The notes under the pieces: model-generated
Databases searched by the model: none
What the model was told of the DNA's origin: nothing
What the model saw: only the letters and a program-made list of their open reading frames with translations
Assembly (NCBI GenBank): GCA_030704615.1
Contig: CM060734.1
Span: 46,686,001 to 46,750,000, forward strand
DNA from: Takakia lepidozioides
Lineage: Eukaryota; Plantae; Bryophyta
Direction: 5' to 3'
Length of the DNA: 64,000 bases
Position numbers and translations under genes: made by a program
Part shown: positions 47,700 to 61,049 of the stretch, one piece after another
How positions within the stretch are numbered: position 1 is the first letter of the stretch
Layout of the letters: each line of letters starts with the position of its first letter

Positions 47700-50470
47700 C
47701 CACGTAAAATCTAATAGATCAAGTATGGACCGTCGATCTTGAGCTTGGATTTGCATGCATGCTTATCATGCTGCAAATCGAACGCACACAGTCTGTCCCA
47801 CCTGAAACATGTTAGAATACTTGACATGCTTGTTAAAATTACGGGCCTGGGTTAGCTGAGCCTTACCAATGTTCGTCTTGGCATCATGGGTAGACACCGC
47901 ATGCCGAGCATGAAGATCCTCAATAAAGGTATCAAGAGCAACTGGATCAACAACAATAGAGATAGGAGGGGTAGAATGCAAAGGAGAAACACACTTGCGA
48001 CCATACAACAACTCAAAATGAGTCTTCTTGGTGCTAGCATGCACAACGGTGCAATAAGCAAAGAGAATAGGGGGAAGAAATGTATCCCACTCCCTGGTAA
48101 GTGCACCATTCTTCTACAACATTCGGCAAAGAGTTTGGCTGAAGCAAACGTTCCGCGAGGCCATTGGTCTGGGGATGGTATGGGGCTGTGGTGGAATTCT
48201 TGACACCAAAATTGAAGCATATCACCGTGAAGAGCTGGTTACAAAACTCGTTGCCCTGATCCGTGAGTATCTCCCGAGGACACCCATGCCGCATAAGGAT
48301 CTCATTGAAGAAGAACTGAGCTACAACATCACTAGCCTTGGAACGCAAAGGCCGGACTTCTACCCACTTAGTCAAGTAGTCGGTAGCAACACAAAGGTAG
48401 CTTCGATCCTTTGATGTGAGTGTGAGGGGTCCTACTAAGTCAATGCCAACACGAGAAAAAGCATGGATGACAGGCAAATGCTGCAGCTCATACAAGATCT
48501 GGGCCCTAGGAGAGCAATGTTAGCACGACAACTTTCACACTTAGAAATGAACTTCGTGACAGCCCGGTGAATTCCAAGCCCAATAGTAAACCTCTTGGAT
48601 GCGAGCCACGATTTTCTTGATACCAAGGTGACCTGCATACTAGAAACAATGAAAACGCTCCAATAAAGCATTCAGTTGGCTCCGTGGTGGCATCTCCAAA
48701 TAGCATAGCACTCCCCCTCTAGGTGAGCTCCTTGAAAAACTTATCACCCATGAAACGTGAGTAGACACATGATAGAGAATTTGTTTACGCAAGGACTCAG
48801 AAAGGTCAGCTGGCGAACGCCATGATCGGCATCGCTGGAGTAACGCAACATATAGCTGATCATCCATGACTGTATTGCACATAAGAGGTAGACAATGAGC
48901 TTTAGAGAAGGTGGTCTGGAGTGTCTGCACCTATGATCTTAAACCATGGATACCTTCACCTCATTTGTTACTACTCATGGACAGCCAAATCAGACTTTGA
49001 GGCTCAAGCCAATAGTCACACCGGAGTGCAACAGCTTAGACACAACAAACTCGGGGGCCTAGAAAAGAGAAGAGCTGGAACACAACAAGGAATTTCCACC
49101 AAACCATCCAGATCCTCTCTAAGCAATAAATCCATCACACATGCTAACATACATGAATAAATCAACCAGGATCATCTAGAAGGCTAGACCAGCCCCAAAT
49201 AACCAATATGTCATTTGAATCTAAGGCCAAGGGATGCTGATCTGCACAAATGAGGTTGAGAAGAGGAGCTGCATCAGGAGGAGGGGCTGCATCAGTAGCA
49301 GCAAGGTAATCCAAGGTGAGCATAGGCCTGCTGACATGAGGATCAATCCGTGTAAGTGCATCAACATTTGTGTTTTCCTTGCCCTTCTTGTAGACTATAT
49401 CCATGTTCAATTCCTATAGGTACATAGCCCATCTAGCAAGCCTGCCATGAAGCTTCATGGGCTTAACAAGAGCCTTAAGTGGAAGTTGATCAGTCTCCAC
49501 CACAAACCGGTTGCCATGTAAATATTGCCTGAAATGCTTCACACCAATGACCCTAGCTAGACCCTCCTTATCAGATTTGGAATAGTTCCTTTCATGACGA
49601 TCTAGACGGAGAAACATCAGGATGGGAGCTGAACACAAAGCCTTGCGAAGAGTGTCAATGACAACTTGTTGGGAGAAGGTCCATTCAAACTTGGCATCCT
49701 TGCACAATATCTTGGTCAGAAGGTGAGCAAACTTTGCAAAGTTCTTTATGAAACGCCTATAATAGGAAGTCAGACCAAAGAAGGATTTGATACAATGTTT
49801 ATCCTGGGAATAGGAAAGCCCCAAACAGACTCAAGCTTGGCAGGATCAGGAAGCAAACCATCCTTGGACATGATATGACCAAGGAAGTGCAACTCAAGCA
49901 TAAACAACTTACACTTCTTTGGCTTCACCTTGAGTCCTGCAGTGCACAATTTACTGAAAAGTCAAGTGAGCATCAAAACTGGCTGAGTATATATTGATGT
50001 CATCGACATAAATTAAGGCACACTCTCAGCAAAGATTACCCAAGACAATGTCTATGAGGCGCTGGAATGTAGACGTAGCATTGCACAAACCAAATGACAT
50101 GGTCTCGTATGGGTATTTGCCCATGCGACACACAAAAGAGGTCTTTTCTTTGGCTGCTTCAGTGAGAGGAACTTGCCAAAAACCAGATAGGAGAAAATTG
50201 TAGCATCATGCAATTGATCCAAGGTCTCATTGATCCTAGGTAGAGGGTAGACATCCTTCTTGGTGATGTCATTGAGTTTCCTGAAGTCAACACAAAAACG
50301 GGTAGTGCCATCTTTCCAACCAGTACAATGGGACTGGCCTAAGGAGAAACTGATGGCTTGATCACACCAGCACCTATCATTTTCTGGACTTCTTCTTGGA
50401 CTATAGCACATTCCTTGACACTCTCTCGGTATGCAAATTGCTTGATAGGAGGTCCTTCAGTAACAATGTC
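47700..50470 (-). pseudogene. Gypsy pol remnants of family 1 copy B: RT, RNase H, integrase
   Basis: [23 protein letters not shown]; YVDDI; SFFGLTSYYRRFIKNFAK; HFRQYLHGNRFVVETD; VGIDLVGPL..DYLTKWVEV..ILTDQGNEF..YHPQTNGLAER. Many frameshifts and stops. Confidence 0.93.
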
Positions 50471-50764
50471 ATGTTGAAGGATGGGACGCCCTAGATCAGT
50501 AGATCCTAAACTGAAGACATCTAGATTTTTGGCAATAAGCATTTCTACTCTTTTCTTTTCGCCTGAGGAGAGGGTGGTGCCTAATATGATTTCAGATATC
50601 ACTTTGGTGAGGGCAGCCTTATCTTCAGGACTGAGATCAGGGATAGGTGGTGGTGCAATTGCAGCAAAAGCAACAACAACATCCAAGGGACCATGTTGTA
50701 TGCCAATGGCCTCTAGCCCAAGGCCAGTTTGCACTTCTTGTATTTTAGCAATGGGTAAAGCAGT

Positions 50765-50883
50765 GATGCAAGCCAGGACCAGCCCCTTCTTAATAGTCAC
50801 ATGAAAGCACTATGGATTAGCAATTAAAATCTTGACTTCCTGCCTATATCCTCTATCTATGACACCAGTGACCACCAGACAAT
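50765..50883 (-). pseudogene. dUTPase-like domain (C-terminal half) upstream of RT, cut by CACTA-2
   Basis: LVVTGVIDRGYRQEVKILIANP*CFHVTIKKGLVLACI resembles dUTPase motif III (G.ID.[DG]YRGE) and the following N...I.KG segment; in frame with the pre-RT region. Confidence 0.65.
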
Positions 50884-51083
50884 CACTAGAAGAAAAAACG
50901 GCTTTTTCCACGGCTTTTTTCACACTTTTTTCCGTGGAATCCGCCCCAGTCCACACCTGCCGTGGGTGTAAGAAACGACGAGTGCTTTCGGACACCCCGT
51001 GGACGGCCTGGCTCTCGGGTGCCCCTATGGAAAAGTCCACGGGTGGCCTTTTTCACGGGGTTCATGGCTTTTTCCACGAGCGA

Positions 51084-51500
51084 CGTGTGCTTTGGCAAAC
51101 ACCGCCACGTGGATCGTAGATGTACAAAGGTGTGGACTTGTCCACACCTACGGGAAAACCATGCGACTGCCTGTCACCAAGGTTTCACGACATCTGGGCA
51201 ACGGTGTGGGCAACACGTGTATTTTTGTGGGGATGACACGTGTATGGAGACAAAGAGGCTATGTGCACTTATGTGGAGCGGACATCTGGCGTGGCATGTG
51301 GGTGTGAAAAAAGCCATTCGGTGTGAGACCATCCACTGGCTGTTTTCACAGCTTCAGCAAGTTTGGGGGCCACGTGTTCCGTGGCAAACACCGCCATGTG
51401 GATCCTAAATGTACAAAGGGTGTGGACTTGTCCACACCTACGGGAAATTGAAGCGACACCCTGTTACCTGGGCTTGACGACATGTGGGCAACGGTATGGG
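51084..51500. repeat. Subterminal ~125-bp direct repeat (51084-51210 and 51373-51500), each with hairpin GGTGTGGAC-TT-GTCCACACC
   Basis: Direct visual alignment of the two copies. Confidence 0.85.
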
Positions 51501-51906
51501 TCATGGTGTGCACAATTATTCCATAGGCATCATGATCATATCACAAATCGTGATACTATCCACACTGTCAATTTCACAGTCCATGTGAAATATGACTCAT
51601 ATACATAAACACAATTCCAAAGCACTGCGGCAACAACCTGCTCATGACATGTACAATTGACTAAACATGGCCAGAACAATAGAAAGAATGACCAGATGCA
51701 AGGGTGCTTCAAAGTTGGGTGCGCCCTTCATTGCCCAAATAAAGTTTAGTCTGAACATGCAAGTATTGCAGAGTCTGCACTGCTGATCACAACCCCACAA
51801 TGTACCCAAATCCTACATTGATGCGCACAATAACGAAAAAAAGGTGAAATCGATATGAAGTGGCGTTCAGTCAAAATTGCCTTCAAATTGAGGATCCCCC
51901 ATAACC

Positions 51907-54900
51907 TCATGTTTGGGTCAGTTTGAGGAACTTGGCATACCACAGGGCCGTGCTGCCTACAGTGTCACTGAGCATCACAATGGGAGGCCTAACATCATTG
52001 TTGGGGTATGGTAGAGCAACATCTGCCCCATGTACTGATTCAACCGAGACAACATGATAATCGGCATGAACGACATAAGCCAGCCAGTCAGTCGACATGC
52101 CCAATATATGGCCCACGCCTGCCTTCCGTTTGGGTGCATTGGGGTCAAACATTGTGACCTTGTCACCAACCTGAAACTGGGACAGCCAACACCACCAATG
52201 TGTGCCTTTGTCATTTGTTATGCACATGCAATAGTTATGGACATGGAAAACGCGAGATGCCATCATATAGCCCTACAAACAAAATACGGATGTACTTCCA
52301 CGAAGGAAAACTTACAACAGGTGCCGGCGCTTTGAAGCTTCCCATACGGCTCCCATCAACTTTGCTGGCAGCAAGTCTTGCGGACTTCTTCCTCATATTC
52401 ACCGCAACAATTTCCTTTGGTGGCTTCTGAATCAATAGAAACCCACACATGTACACAGAAGTCATGAACGGCCTGCAGGTATTGCATAATCGACTTGGAA
52501 CAGCACAAGAATATAGGAACACGAGTACTTACCTTCCGTACAACGGCCAATTTTGTTGTTGAATCAATGTTCTTCCCTGCCCCAACAATAACCACTCCTG
52601 TGCCCTTAGCCCCTGCCCCTATGTCTTGGGCACTCCGTCTAAGTTCACTACCGGTGTGATCCTCCAGTACAGGCACTCCCTTCTCAATAAGGGGGGATAG
52701 GTCATCATTGGCACCATAATTAAGGCAAGGATCGTCACATGCCATGTTCTGAACTTTGTCCTCACCTGTGGCATCTTCTTCCACAATACTGCCCCCTTTC
52801 CTTTGTCCATTGCCTCCACTGCTAGGAGGCTGCTCACCTGTACTTGTCATTTCCACAGTAGTCGCACTTGGGACAACACCATGAACAGGGGGCGACAACT
52901 CACACACAATGTTTGATGTTGATGGAGATTCATCCCTCGGCAGGTCCAAACCGAGCTTCGCTGCCAATGCCATGTTGAACTTGTCTGTCTTAGATACTGC
53001 AGCGACAAACATGGATTTCACTACCTGCAATTCCAATTTGTGCTCCATTGAGCTGGCCTCCATTGTATGTTTCCATCCTTCCAAGCCATCAAGCCGAGAA
53101 GCCAATGCTCCAAGGCCCTGCCACAAAAAGAGTGCAAATACGATTCAATATATCTATTGCACTAGCCATGCGAGGTAATTTATTGGACAACAACATAGGA
53201 AGGCAAAACCATAAATAATTGACAAGCACATCATTGCAACAAATGCAGGTGGGTTAGTTACTTACAGATCGGGTGGCCCTTGCTGAATCAGAACCATACC
53301 CCTTGTTGCTATTCTTGCTCCCCGAAATTTCGGATAGAAGTGGAGGACGACCACTTGTCTTAGCCTACACATGGACAGGATATGGAAATATTAGTGCCAT
53401 CCTCTAAGAGTAAGATACAAATGACAAGACACCTCACTACCTGAATATATTGGCAATGTCATGAGACAGGCAGATTTACCAGACGTTCCTCAACGCCGCT
53501 AAGGCCACTGCGTCCAGATCTCGAAGGGGCACCAACATGCCCCCGTGCATGCTTGCCATTATCACGACTCTTTTGCCATTCGGGCGTGTTCCAATGCCTC
53601 ACAAGTTCTGCCCAAGTCTTGTCCGCAACATAGTGGGGCTTAGGTTTGCCACGGGAGTACACTTTTCTAAACAGTTTGATGCGCTGGTATTTAATGACGC
53701 CTCCAATCTCAGTTCGAAGTTGGGCGCCAGTTATCCCAGGAGGTAAATATTCCCAATCATCTGCTAATAGTTCACCCACCTCGTCAATCAGACTTTGAGG
53801 TTGAAGATGGATGGGCACAGAACAGTCCAGCACACGTTGGCATTGCCCTCGCAGGCTGCCAGCCAGTCATTCCGTGCATCCCCGCATGGGCCCTTTTTGC
53901 CACACGCAACTATGAATCTCTTTTGCCCAGCAGCTACATTTGCACAAGACGTTTCCTTCAACCCTCTCCGTGCTACTCTCCTCGCCTTGCGCAAAAAATT
54001 GGCTCTGTCCTTGCCAGTCAAATGTTGCGCATCTGGAGTCATATTGGAATCACGGGCCTCCCTCACAACCTGCAACATGGGGCCTTTCGGGCGGACATGA
54101 ACCCTGCCACGCACCAACGTGGGGTGTGGGGTGGGCAGGAACATAACCTGTGCTCGGAGCTGGTGAGCTTGGGAATTGAAGAGGCCGCGAAGCGTTGCAA
54201 TTGGGTGAAGCTATGGGCTGCCTGGAATAAGGGCCATGCAACGGCGCACTATACATGGGGCTTCTGGGATACGTTGCCTGGGGAGGATGCGCAGGTGGGG
54301 GAGGGTTGGGGTGAGGGTACCACACACCTTCGTGGTAGTGCCCATGCTGAACAAGAGCATGTTGTGCTTCCCCAGTTTATGGAAATGCCCCACACGGAAC
54401 TGCACATGACCGGTTCTCCCCTGACGGGCTGTTTGCATGGTACGACTGAGAAAAGGGCGGGTGAATTTCAGGGGCGGCTGGAACATGAGCAGTCTGTTGT
54501 TCATACTGTGCATACCTCTGAATGCCAGGGGGATAAAACGCACCAGTGTTACGTGGAAAGGAGGGAGGGCCTCCTCCATCCGGGGTTGGTTGAAGACGTG
54601 GGGAGGGATGGTTGAAGACACCTGCCGGAGCAACTCCCTTCTTCTTTCTCACTGGATCCTGCAAATCAACATGTGGGAAAGAGTTATGTAGGAAGATAAA
54701 GCATGAACATCATGTAGGATACATCAACAAAAAACGCGCTCTATAATATACATACACTGAATGCAGCAGAAATCGCACCCAAAATGCATTTAGGTCTGAT
54801 CCATTGAACACGCCAAACGTCACTGGGAAAGTCCTCCTTGTATGTTTCGACCCTCTTTCGGGGTTCTTTGGGGAATCCCTTGTAGGCACAATCTGGCCCC

Positions 54901-56219
54901 GATGACCATCGTACATATCAATGAGAGTACAATATGATAATGGCTGATAATGGCTTCACATATTATCAACATTTGACAATAGAGGGGGCAGGAAGATGGG
55001 GGAGGAAGAGTCGTGAGCGCCCCCTCTCGGACATGGCTGGCTGATGAGGCGGTTACCATCGTGCTCCTGGGGGTTCCTCCTCTCCCACTACAATTTCTTT
55101 CTTGTTGCAACATGACACCACAATATGCAGCCCCCTACCTGTGCAGGTCCCTCCCTCCCACAACCCCTTTTGCGCTTTTTGGGTATTAAGACAGGCCATC
55201 ACAAGTTTGAACCTCCTGTGAGGGAGTCAGCAATCTGCAGAGTTGCATTTCTCATGGCACAAAATGGAAAAATGTATAGAAGACTTCAATAACAGATTTG
55301 GGTTCCAAGGAATAGACAGTAGATAAACCCTTGTATCATGAGGTATAGAGGGCAAGAAAGTGGTGCTTCATCCTGCTAGTGGAAAATGGAAAAAACTGCT
55401 GGGACCAAAAGGAAAACAAATAAGAAGATGCAAATCCTGCCACAAACCTAAGAAATCAGTACAGCAAATGCCCACTTACCTCTCGTGGAAGAGGAGCTGG
55501 CCGTTTTGGTGCCCTCGGAGCATGCGTTGCATTGGGAGGCTCGGTCAGTCCACATGCACCACTGATGTAGTTCTCCAAATCTGATACCTTGTCCACATCA
55601 TCTCCATCCTCGTCCTCCTCTATGTCCTCGTGCATTTCCTCCTCCGAATCGTCGTCGTCATCTATGTTGTAATCCTCATCGAGCTCCTGATCACGCTCGT
55701 CGAGTTCCTCTGCCTCAGAGCCCACCGACTGGGGAGTCTCGGGCTCTTCCTCCGCCATCGAAGGTAATGCTAGTTCTTTCAAGCGCCCACTTCGTCGAGG
55801 AGGCCCGTTCCACACAACTTTGGAGCTCCTAGTCGGCCGTTGTACACTCCTAGCTATGCTGCGCACACATTTCCAAAACCCTGTGTGAATCTTGCCCTAA
55901 ACAAAAGGCGATCGTGAAAGTGCCATCACCATGAAACCTATGGGAGGGAAAAGCAGTAGGCTAATGTGGTGGGAAACCCCTACTCACTACCTGTGTAGCA
56001 TGCATACTAAGGACAAGGGTGATCTGCTCACCTGCGCGCAACGCTCCCAATGTTCAGCTGAGCCAACGTCTCCTTGTTGGCCGCTATGCGCCTCTCTCGC
56101 TCTTCCTCGTAGGCAGTGCGTGGAGGGGTGTCGGGTGTAGAGGCCTTGCGTGTCCGTGCCATGGCGGGTTCCTCCTCGTCGCTCAAATCGCAGTAATCGA
56201 CCTCAAACAAGACTACCAT
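51907..56219 (-). pseudogene. CACTA-2 TnpA-like accessory gene (multi-exon)
   Basis: YEEERERRIAANKETLAQLNI; PPRRSGRL plus acidic tract; Pro-rich region; KPHYVADKTWAELVRHW..SRSGRSG; GLGALASRLD; FQVGDKVTMFDPNAPKRKAGVG..LPYP. Frameshifts in 53800-54660. Confidence 0.8.
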
Positions 56220-56388
56220 GATCTACTGATCAAACAATAGAAGGAGCGCATGTAGGAAACAGAGGGGAGGTGGACCCGCCATACGAATACTCCAACGCTT
56301 GCAAGCACAAACGTAGGTTCCCCACATCCGAGCACTCGCTGACTTCCCACTTCAAAAACTAGCCAAACCCAGAAGCGTTTCGTGGGGG

Positions 56389-59300
56389 ATGAGAGAGGCC
56401 GGAACTAGAAACACCCGGCGCCGCACTGCGGTGCCCCACACTGACGCAGGACTTTGGCAAATCGAGGAACGACGTGCAACTAGACTGGGTATTTCAAAGA
56501 TAATGTGTCCCTGCAACGACTGCCATGGGGGTCGACTCCAATTCGTGGAAACTGCCAAATTGCATTTGCTTGCCAACGACCGGGATCCACTGTACATGTA
56601 CGGTGGACTATTGTATGGAAACTAGCACGGTCAATTTGGAGATTCCCTGTTTTATGCAACACGTTACATTTTGGACAAGACTATACTCTTATAGTTTGCA
56701 GGTGAACATGCAGGTGGAGAGTGTCGACTCCGAAGACGAAGACTTTGTGGAAGAACGTAGCCCCCCTGAGGATGATGTGGAAAGACAGATTAGCCCTGTT
56801 CCTGTTCGTGGTGGAGAGAATCTAGACCCCGACGTCGACATCATTCGCATGTTGCAGGAAACATTTGCAGTTGCAGATAATGTGCAAAGCACCATTAATG
56901 AGGATGAAGGGCTTGGAGAAGACGAGCGCCATCATGATGGACAAAGTCATGGGGATGGGGATGACGGTGCTGCTTTCCAATTTCAGCATCAAGCAACCAC
57001 ACCTCTTTGTTGGCTGCCCCACCAGCTGCTTGAGTGCGACGTTGCTTTTGCTCAATGTTAGTGCTACTCATGGTGTCACAAACGCAGCAATGGATGAGCT
57101 TCTAAAACTTTTTCACGGACATCTATTGCCTAAAGGGAACTTTTTGCCCAAATCTCATTACGAAGCGAAGAAACTTATAACAAAAGCTGGGCTTAATTAC
57201 GATAGCATCCATGCTTGTGAGAAGGGATGTGTGCTATATAGGGGAGATCTGCAGGATGCACCATCTTGCCCTAAATGTGGGGCGCCTCGATACATCCCTG
57301 GCATGAAGACGTTGGTTCCACAGAAGGTCTTGCGGCATTTCCCCTTGATTCCCCGGCTGCAGCGCATGTACAAGTGCAAGGAGATATCTAAGCTTATGGT
57401 GTGGCACATGGAGAACCAAAGTCAAGATGGGAAGATGAGACACCCGCCTGACAGCCTTGCATGGAAATACATTGACGATACATGGCCTGCTTTTGCAGCT
57501 GAACCTCGCAACTTGCGACTAGGTCTGGCATGGGATGGTATCAATCCCTTTGGTGATAAATCAACAAAATGGTCTACGTGGCCAGTCTTGCTCATGAACT
57601 ACAACCTTCCTCCTTGGCTGAGCACAAAGCCTTTTTTTATGATGTTGACACTCTTAATTCCAGGGCCGACATCCGTGAAGAAGACCAATGCGGATGTGTT
57701 CTTGCAGCCTCTGGTGGATGAGCTGACCGTGTTGTGGGAAGGTGTTAGGGCTAATGATGCATCTGGCAATGAAGGATCAAGGACCTTTGTCATGAGAGCC
57801 ATTCTGATGTGGTCAGTACATGACTATCCTGCATATGCCATGCTAGCAGGGTGTGCAGTTGGGGGCTACAAGGCTTGTCCCGTGTGCGGGCCCAATCTTG
57901 ATGCCAGGCACTCCAGTGCACTGAGCAAAATGGTGTACCAGGGGCACAGAAAATTCTTACCAGCAGGCCATCCATATAGACGCAATCGCAACCACTTCAA
58001 TGGAGCCTCCGATCACAGACCCCCCCCCCCCAAGTATCCACTGTGGATCAGCTCCAAAATGCGGAGGAAAACGAGAGGTTCATGGAAACATTTGGCAGCC
58101 ATCGCCGGAATGTGTGCCCTGCCAAATCCCATGGCATGAAGCGAAGGTCGATCCTTTGGAACCTGCCATATTGGAAGGTGGGTATGTCTTCATTGTTTGT
58201 TTGTCGGCAGGGCTGATTTCATAGTTGCATGGATACAGTTGTAAGGATCATCACACACGACTTAGATTTCAGCCTAATGCAAATTGCATGAAGCAAGTTT
58301 GGAGTCGCCTATGTATGGCACATGTAGCAGCAATATGGTTGTTTCCATGAAAATGTCTGGCTTTTGTCTCTCTGGATACTGTCTGCAGCATGCAAGGCTG
58401 GTTTCTTCCTTTTCCCATTATTAAGATGTCATCTCTTGGCTTTACCATCAAAGTATACCATATTGATGGTGGTTCCATGATTGCAGGATTTGTTGATACG
58501 GTATACCCTAGATGTTATGCACTGTGAAAAAAACATTTCTGAAAATATATTGCGCACCATATTGGGGAAAAGGACACAGTAAAGAGCAGGAAGGACATGG
58601 AGAATGAGGGCATACGACCTCACTTATGGTTAAAACCCCACCCCGGAGATGGCAAGAAGTTGATGAAGCCGCAGGCTCCTTACGTGTTGAATCGACAGGA
58701 AACTACTACCTTCTATGCAACTTTGGGTGCTCTAAAGACACCGACAGGGTATGGTGCTTCATTTAAGAAGCATATTGCTAAGAACAAGCTTTCACACATG
58801 AAGAGTCATGACTACCATCTACTGATGCAACAAGTTCTACCTTTGTGCATTCGAGGTTTGCTGGGCAAAGGTCCAAGGCTCGCAATCATGAAGCTATCTC
58901 GTGTATTTCGCGCATTGTGCATGAAAACAGTGGATCCCGAGGAACTACCAGCCCTGAAGGAGGATGTGGTTGTAACGCTTTGTTTGTTGGAGAAAGAGTT
59001 TCCCCCCTCATTCTTCGATCTCATGACCCACCTTGTGCTACACCTTGTGAATGAATTGGAGGTTTGTGGTCCTGTTAGTTCGCGTTGGATGTACCCCATC
59101 GAGAGGTACATGAAAAATTTGAAGGGATATGTGAAGAGCTATGCCCAGCCAGAAGGTTGCATGGCCAGGAGGTATTCTCTTGATGAGGCTCTTGGCCTCC
59201 TCACAGAGTACATGGCTGCATTTCCAGGAACTCGTAGAAGGGTCTGGGATTGCAACGAAGAAGAAAGTGTTGCGGGAGAAGTATTAGAGGGCTTTGGAAC

Positions 59301-60452
59301 TCCAAGGAAACTGTCGGCTGAGCTTCGGGCTAGTGCACACGACTATGTGCTTCACAACACGGCGTGCATGAGACCGTTTCTGAGGTAAGTATACATCATT
59401 TATTTGGCTTCACATGCTAACTCTGGGGGCCATTTCCGGACACAAAATTGGCGCATTCTCAATTTTCACTCAGCCTCTTTGTACATACTATGGTCCTGAC
59501 TAAGTGTGAATTGAGTATGACCAGACTTTATGATATTGAGAAGGCCACCATAGAATCAGCCAGAGCCGAATTTCGAGCCACATACACCACCCAAGGGAGA
59601 AATGCACACCAACGCACCGTTCCATACCCCGAAAACATGTTGCCTTTGCCTGCTTTTCATATGTGGATACAGTCGGCAGTACAAAATGTTGTTTCAAGAG
59701 GAGCAGTGTATGATGCAAATATTCGTCATCTATGTAAGCCACCAGGGTTTGTTGCTCGTTCATTTCGGTCTATGTGGGCATACGGAAATCACTACAGAGT
59801 GGTGGAAACAGGTGTGGTTGATTACCATGTCACATTCGACTCTGGGGTTGCACAGATTTTTGCCGAAGAGTCAACGGGAAGGGGTGTGGATGGTAACCCT
59901 GTCATGAACCAGCTGCAATATGTTGGTGTTGTTCGTGAAATTTTACAGCTTCAGTATGGTGCTATCACTCCTGTAGTATTCATATGTGAATGGGTCAGAG
60001 CAAGCTTGACAGGTCGCAACCGCACCATGAAGAAGGATGAGTATGGTTTCCTACTCGTGGACTTCGATCGCATGTTGCCACCGGGAGATGAACCATTCAC
60101 ATTTCCATGGCAAGTCGAGCAAGTTTTTTTTGCAGATGAGCCCTCCAACGCTGGTAACTGGAAAGTAGTACTTCAGAAGGAGCCGCGCTCACGGCGCGTG
60201 GTACATGATGTCACTGGTGTCAGCTTGGGTGAGAATGAGTCATGTGTAAGGATGCGAGTGGCGGAGGCATTGGAGGATGTGAATCCCAACACAGAATTTG
60301 GACCTTCAACGACCCTTACCGAAGCTGAGATGGCTACTATTGCTATGATGAGGCCCCCACGAAGGGACGAACCATGGCACCGAGATAGTGAGGATTGCAA
60401 CACTGACCATGAGTGTATTGAAAGTAGTAGCGATGAAGATGACTACATCTAG
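56389..60452 (+). pseudogene. CACTA-2 transposase (TnpD/Tnp2)
   Basis: CPCNDCH; IHACEKGCVLY; RNLRLGLAWDGINP; VHDYPAY; LDVMHCEKN; GPVSSRWMYPIERYMK; QVEQVFF. Introns at about 56600-56701, 58178-58486 and 59385-~59524; frameshifts at about 57010, 58025 and 58570. Confidence 0.95.
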
Positions 60453-60735
60453 TAAAAGGACAATAGCATCATGTTGACATTTTAACTGACACACTGAGTG
60501 ACATTTTCAGTTCCAAATCACTGGACACCCTGTGCTTCAGCCACTGGCCTGGTAAAATGACATATGCATTATATGACATTTTGAGTGGCACACTGAGGCG
60601 CATTTTGAGTCCCAAATCAGCGGACATCCTGTGCTGCAGCATCCACTTGTTGCGGTTATTTTCCATGTGAATGTAGCAGCGAGGAAGATGATTCCTGGTA
60701 AAAGGGCAATAGCGTCATGTTGGCATTTTGGGTTG
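60451..60735. repeat. ~100-bp degenerate tandem repeat downstream of the CACTA-2 transposase
   Basis: GTAAAA(G/T)GACA..CAT..TGACATTTT..CACACTGAG..CATTTT..CCAAATCA..GGACA.CCTGTGCT is repeated twice, with a partial third copy at about 60695. Confidence 0.7.
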
Positions 60736-61049
60736 CTTCAGTTGTTACTCCACCTCTCTACTATCTCCCCCCCTGCCCACATCCATGCCTTACTTACTCT
60801 CTAGCTACGAACTGAATTCTGATGCCTCTGCTCCTCCCTCCCCCTCTGTATTTTCCCTGTGTTCAGATTGTGGGGGTTGGGTGCAATGTGTTGGGGATGT
60901 ACTTCTTTATAATGTTTGTTCTGGTTTGGTGCAGTCGGGGGACAATCTGCACAACAAGTCACATGTTGGATCTGATGGGCATTGCAACTGTGGATGCTGA
61001 TTCACATGTCTTCCCCACTAATGGGACCCCTCTGTTCATGCTTGGGATT

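Larger units (their letters stand above)
31092..50883 (-). mobile_element. Ty3/Gypsy family 1, copy B (3' LTR, PPT, pol), interrupted by CACTA-1; its 5' part lies beyond CACTA-2
   Basis: LTR 31092-31559, PPT 31560-31567. The 3' UTR 31568-31725 resumes at 47408, colinear with 6895-7320 of copy A. Pol remnants lie at 47700-50883. Confidence 0.9.

Noticed and set aside
53923-54691. Plus-strand ORFs antisense to the CACTA-2 accessory gene (and similar antisense ORFs over pol and tnp genes)
   Set aside because: Shadow ORFs of GC-rich coding sequence on the opposite strand, with no independent motifs.
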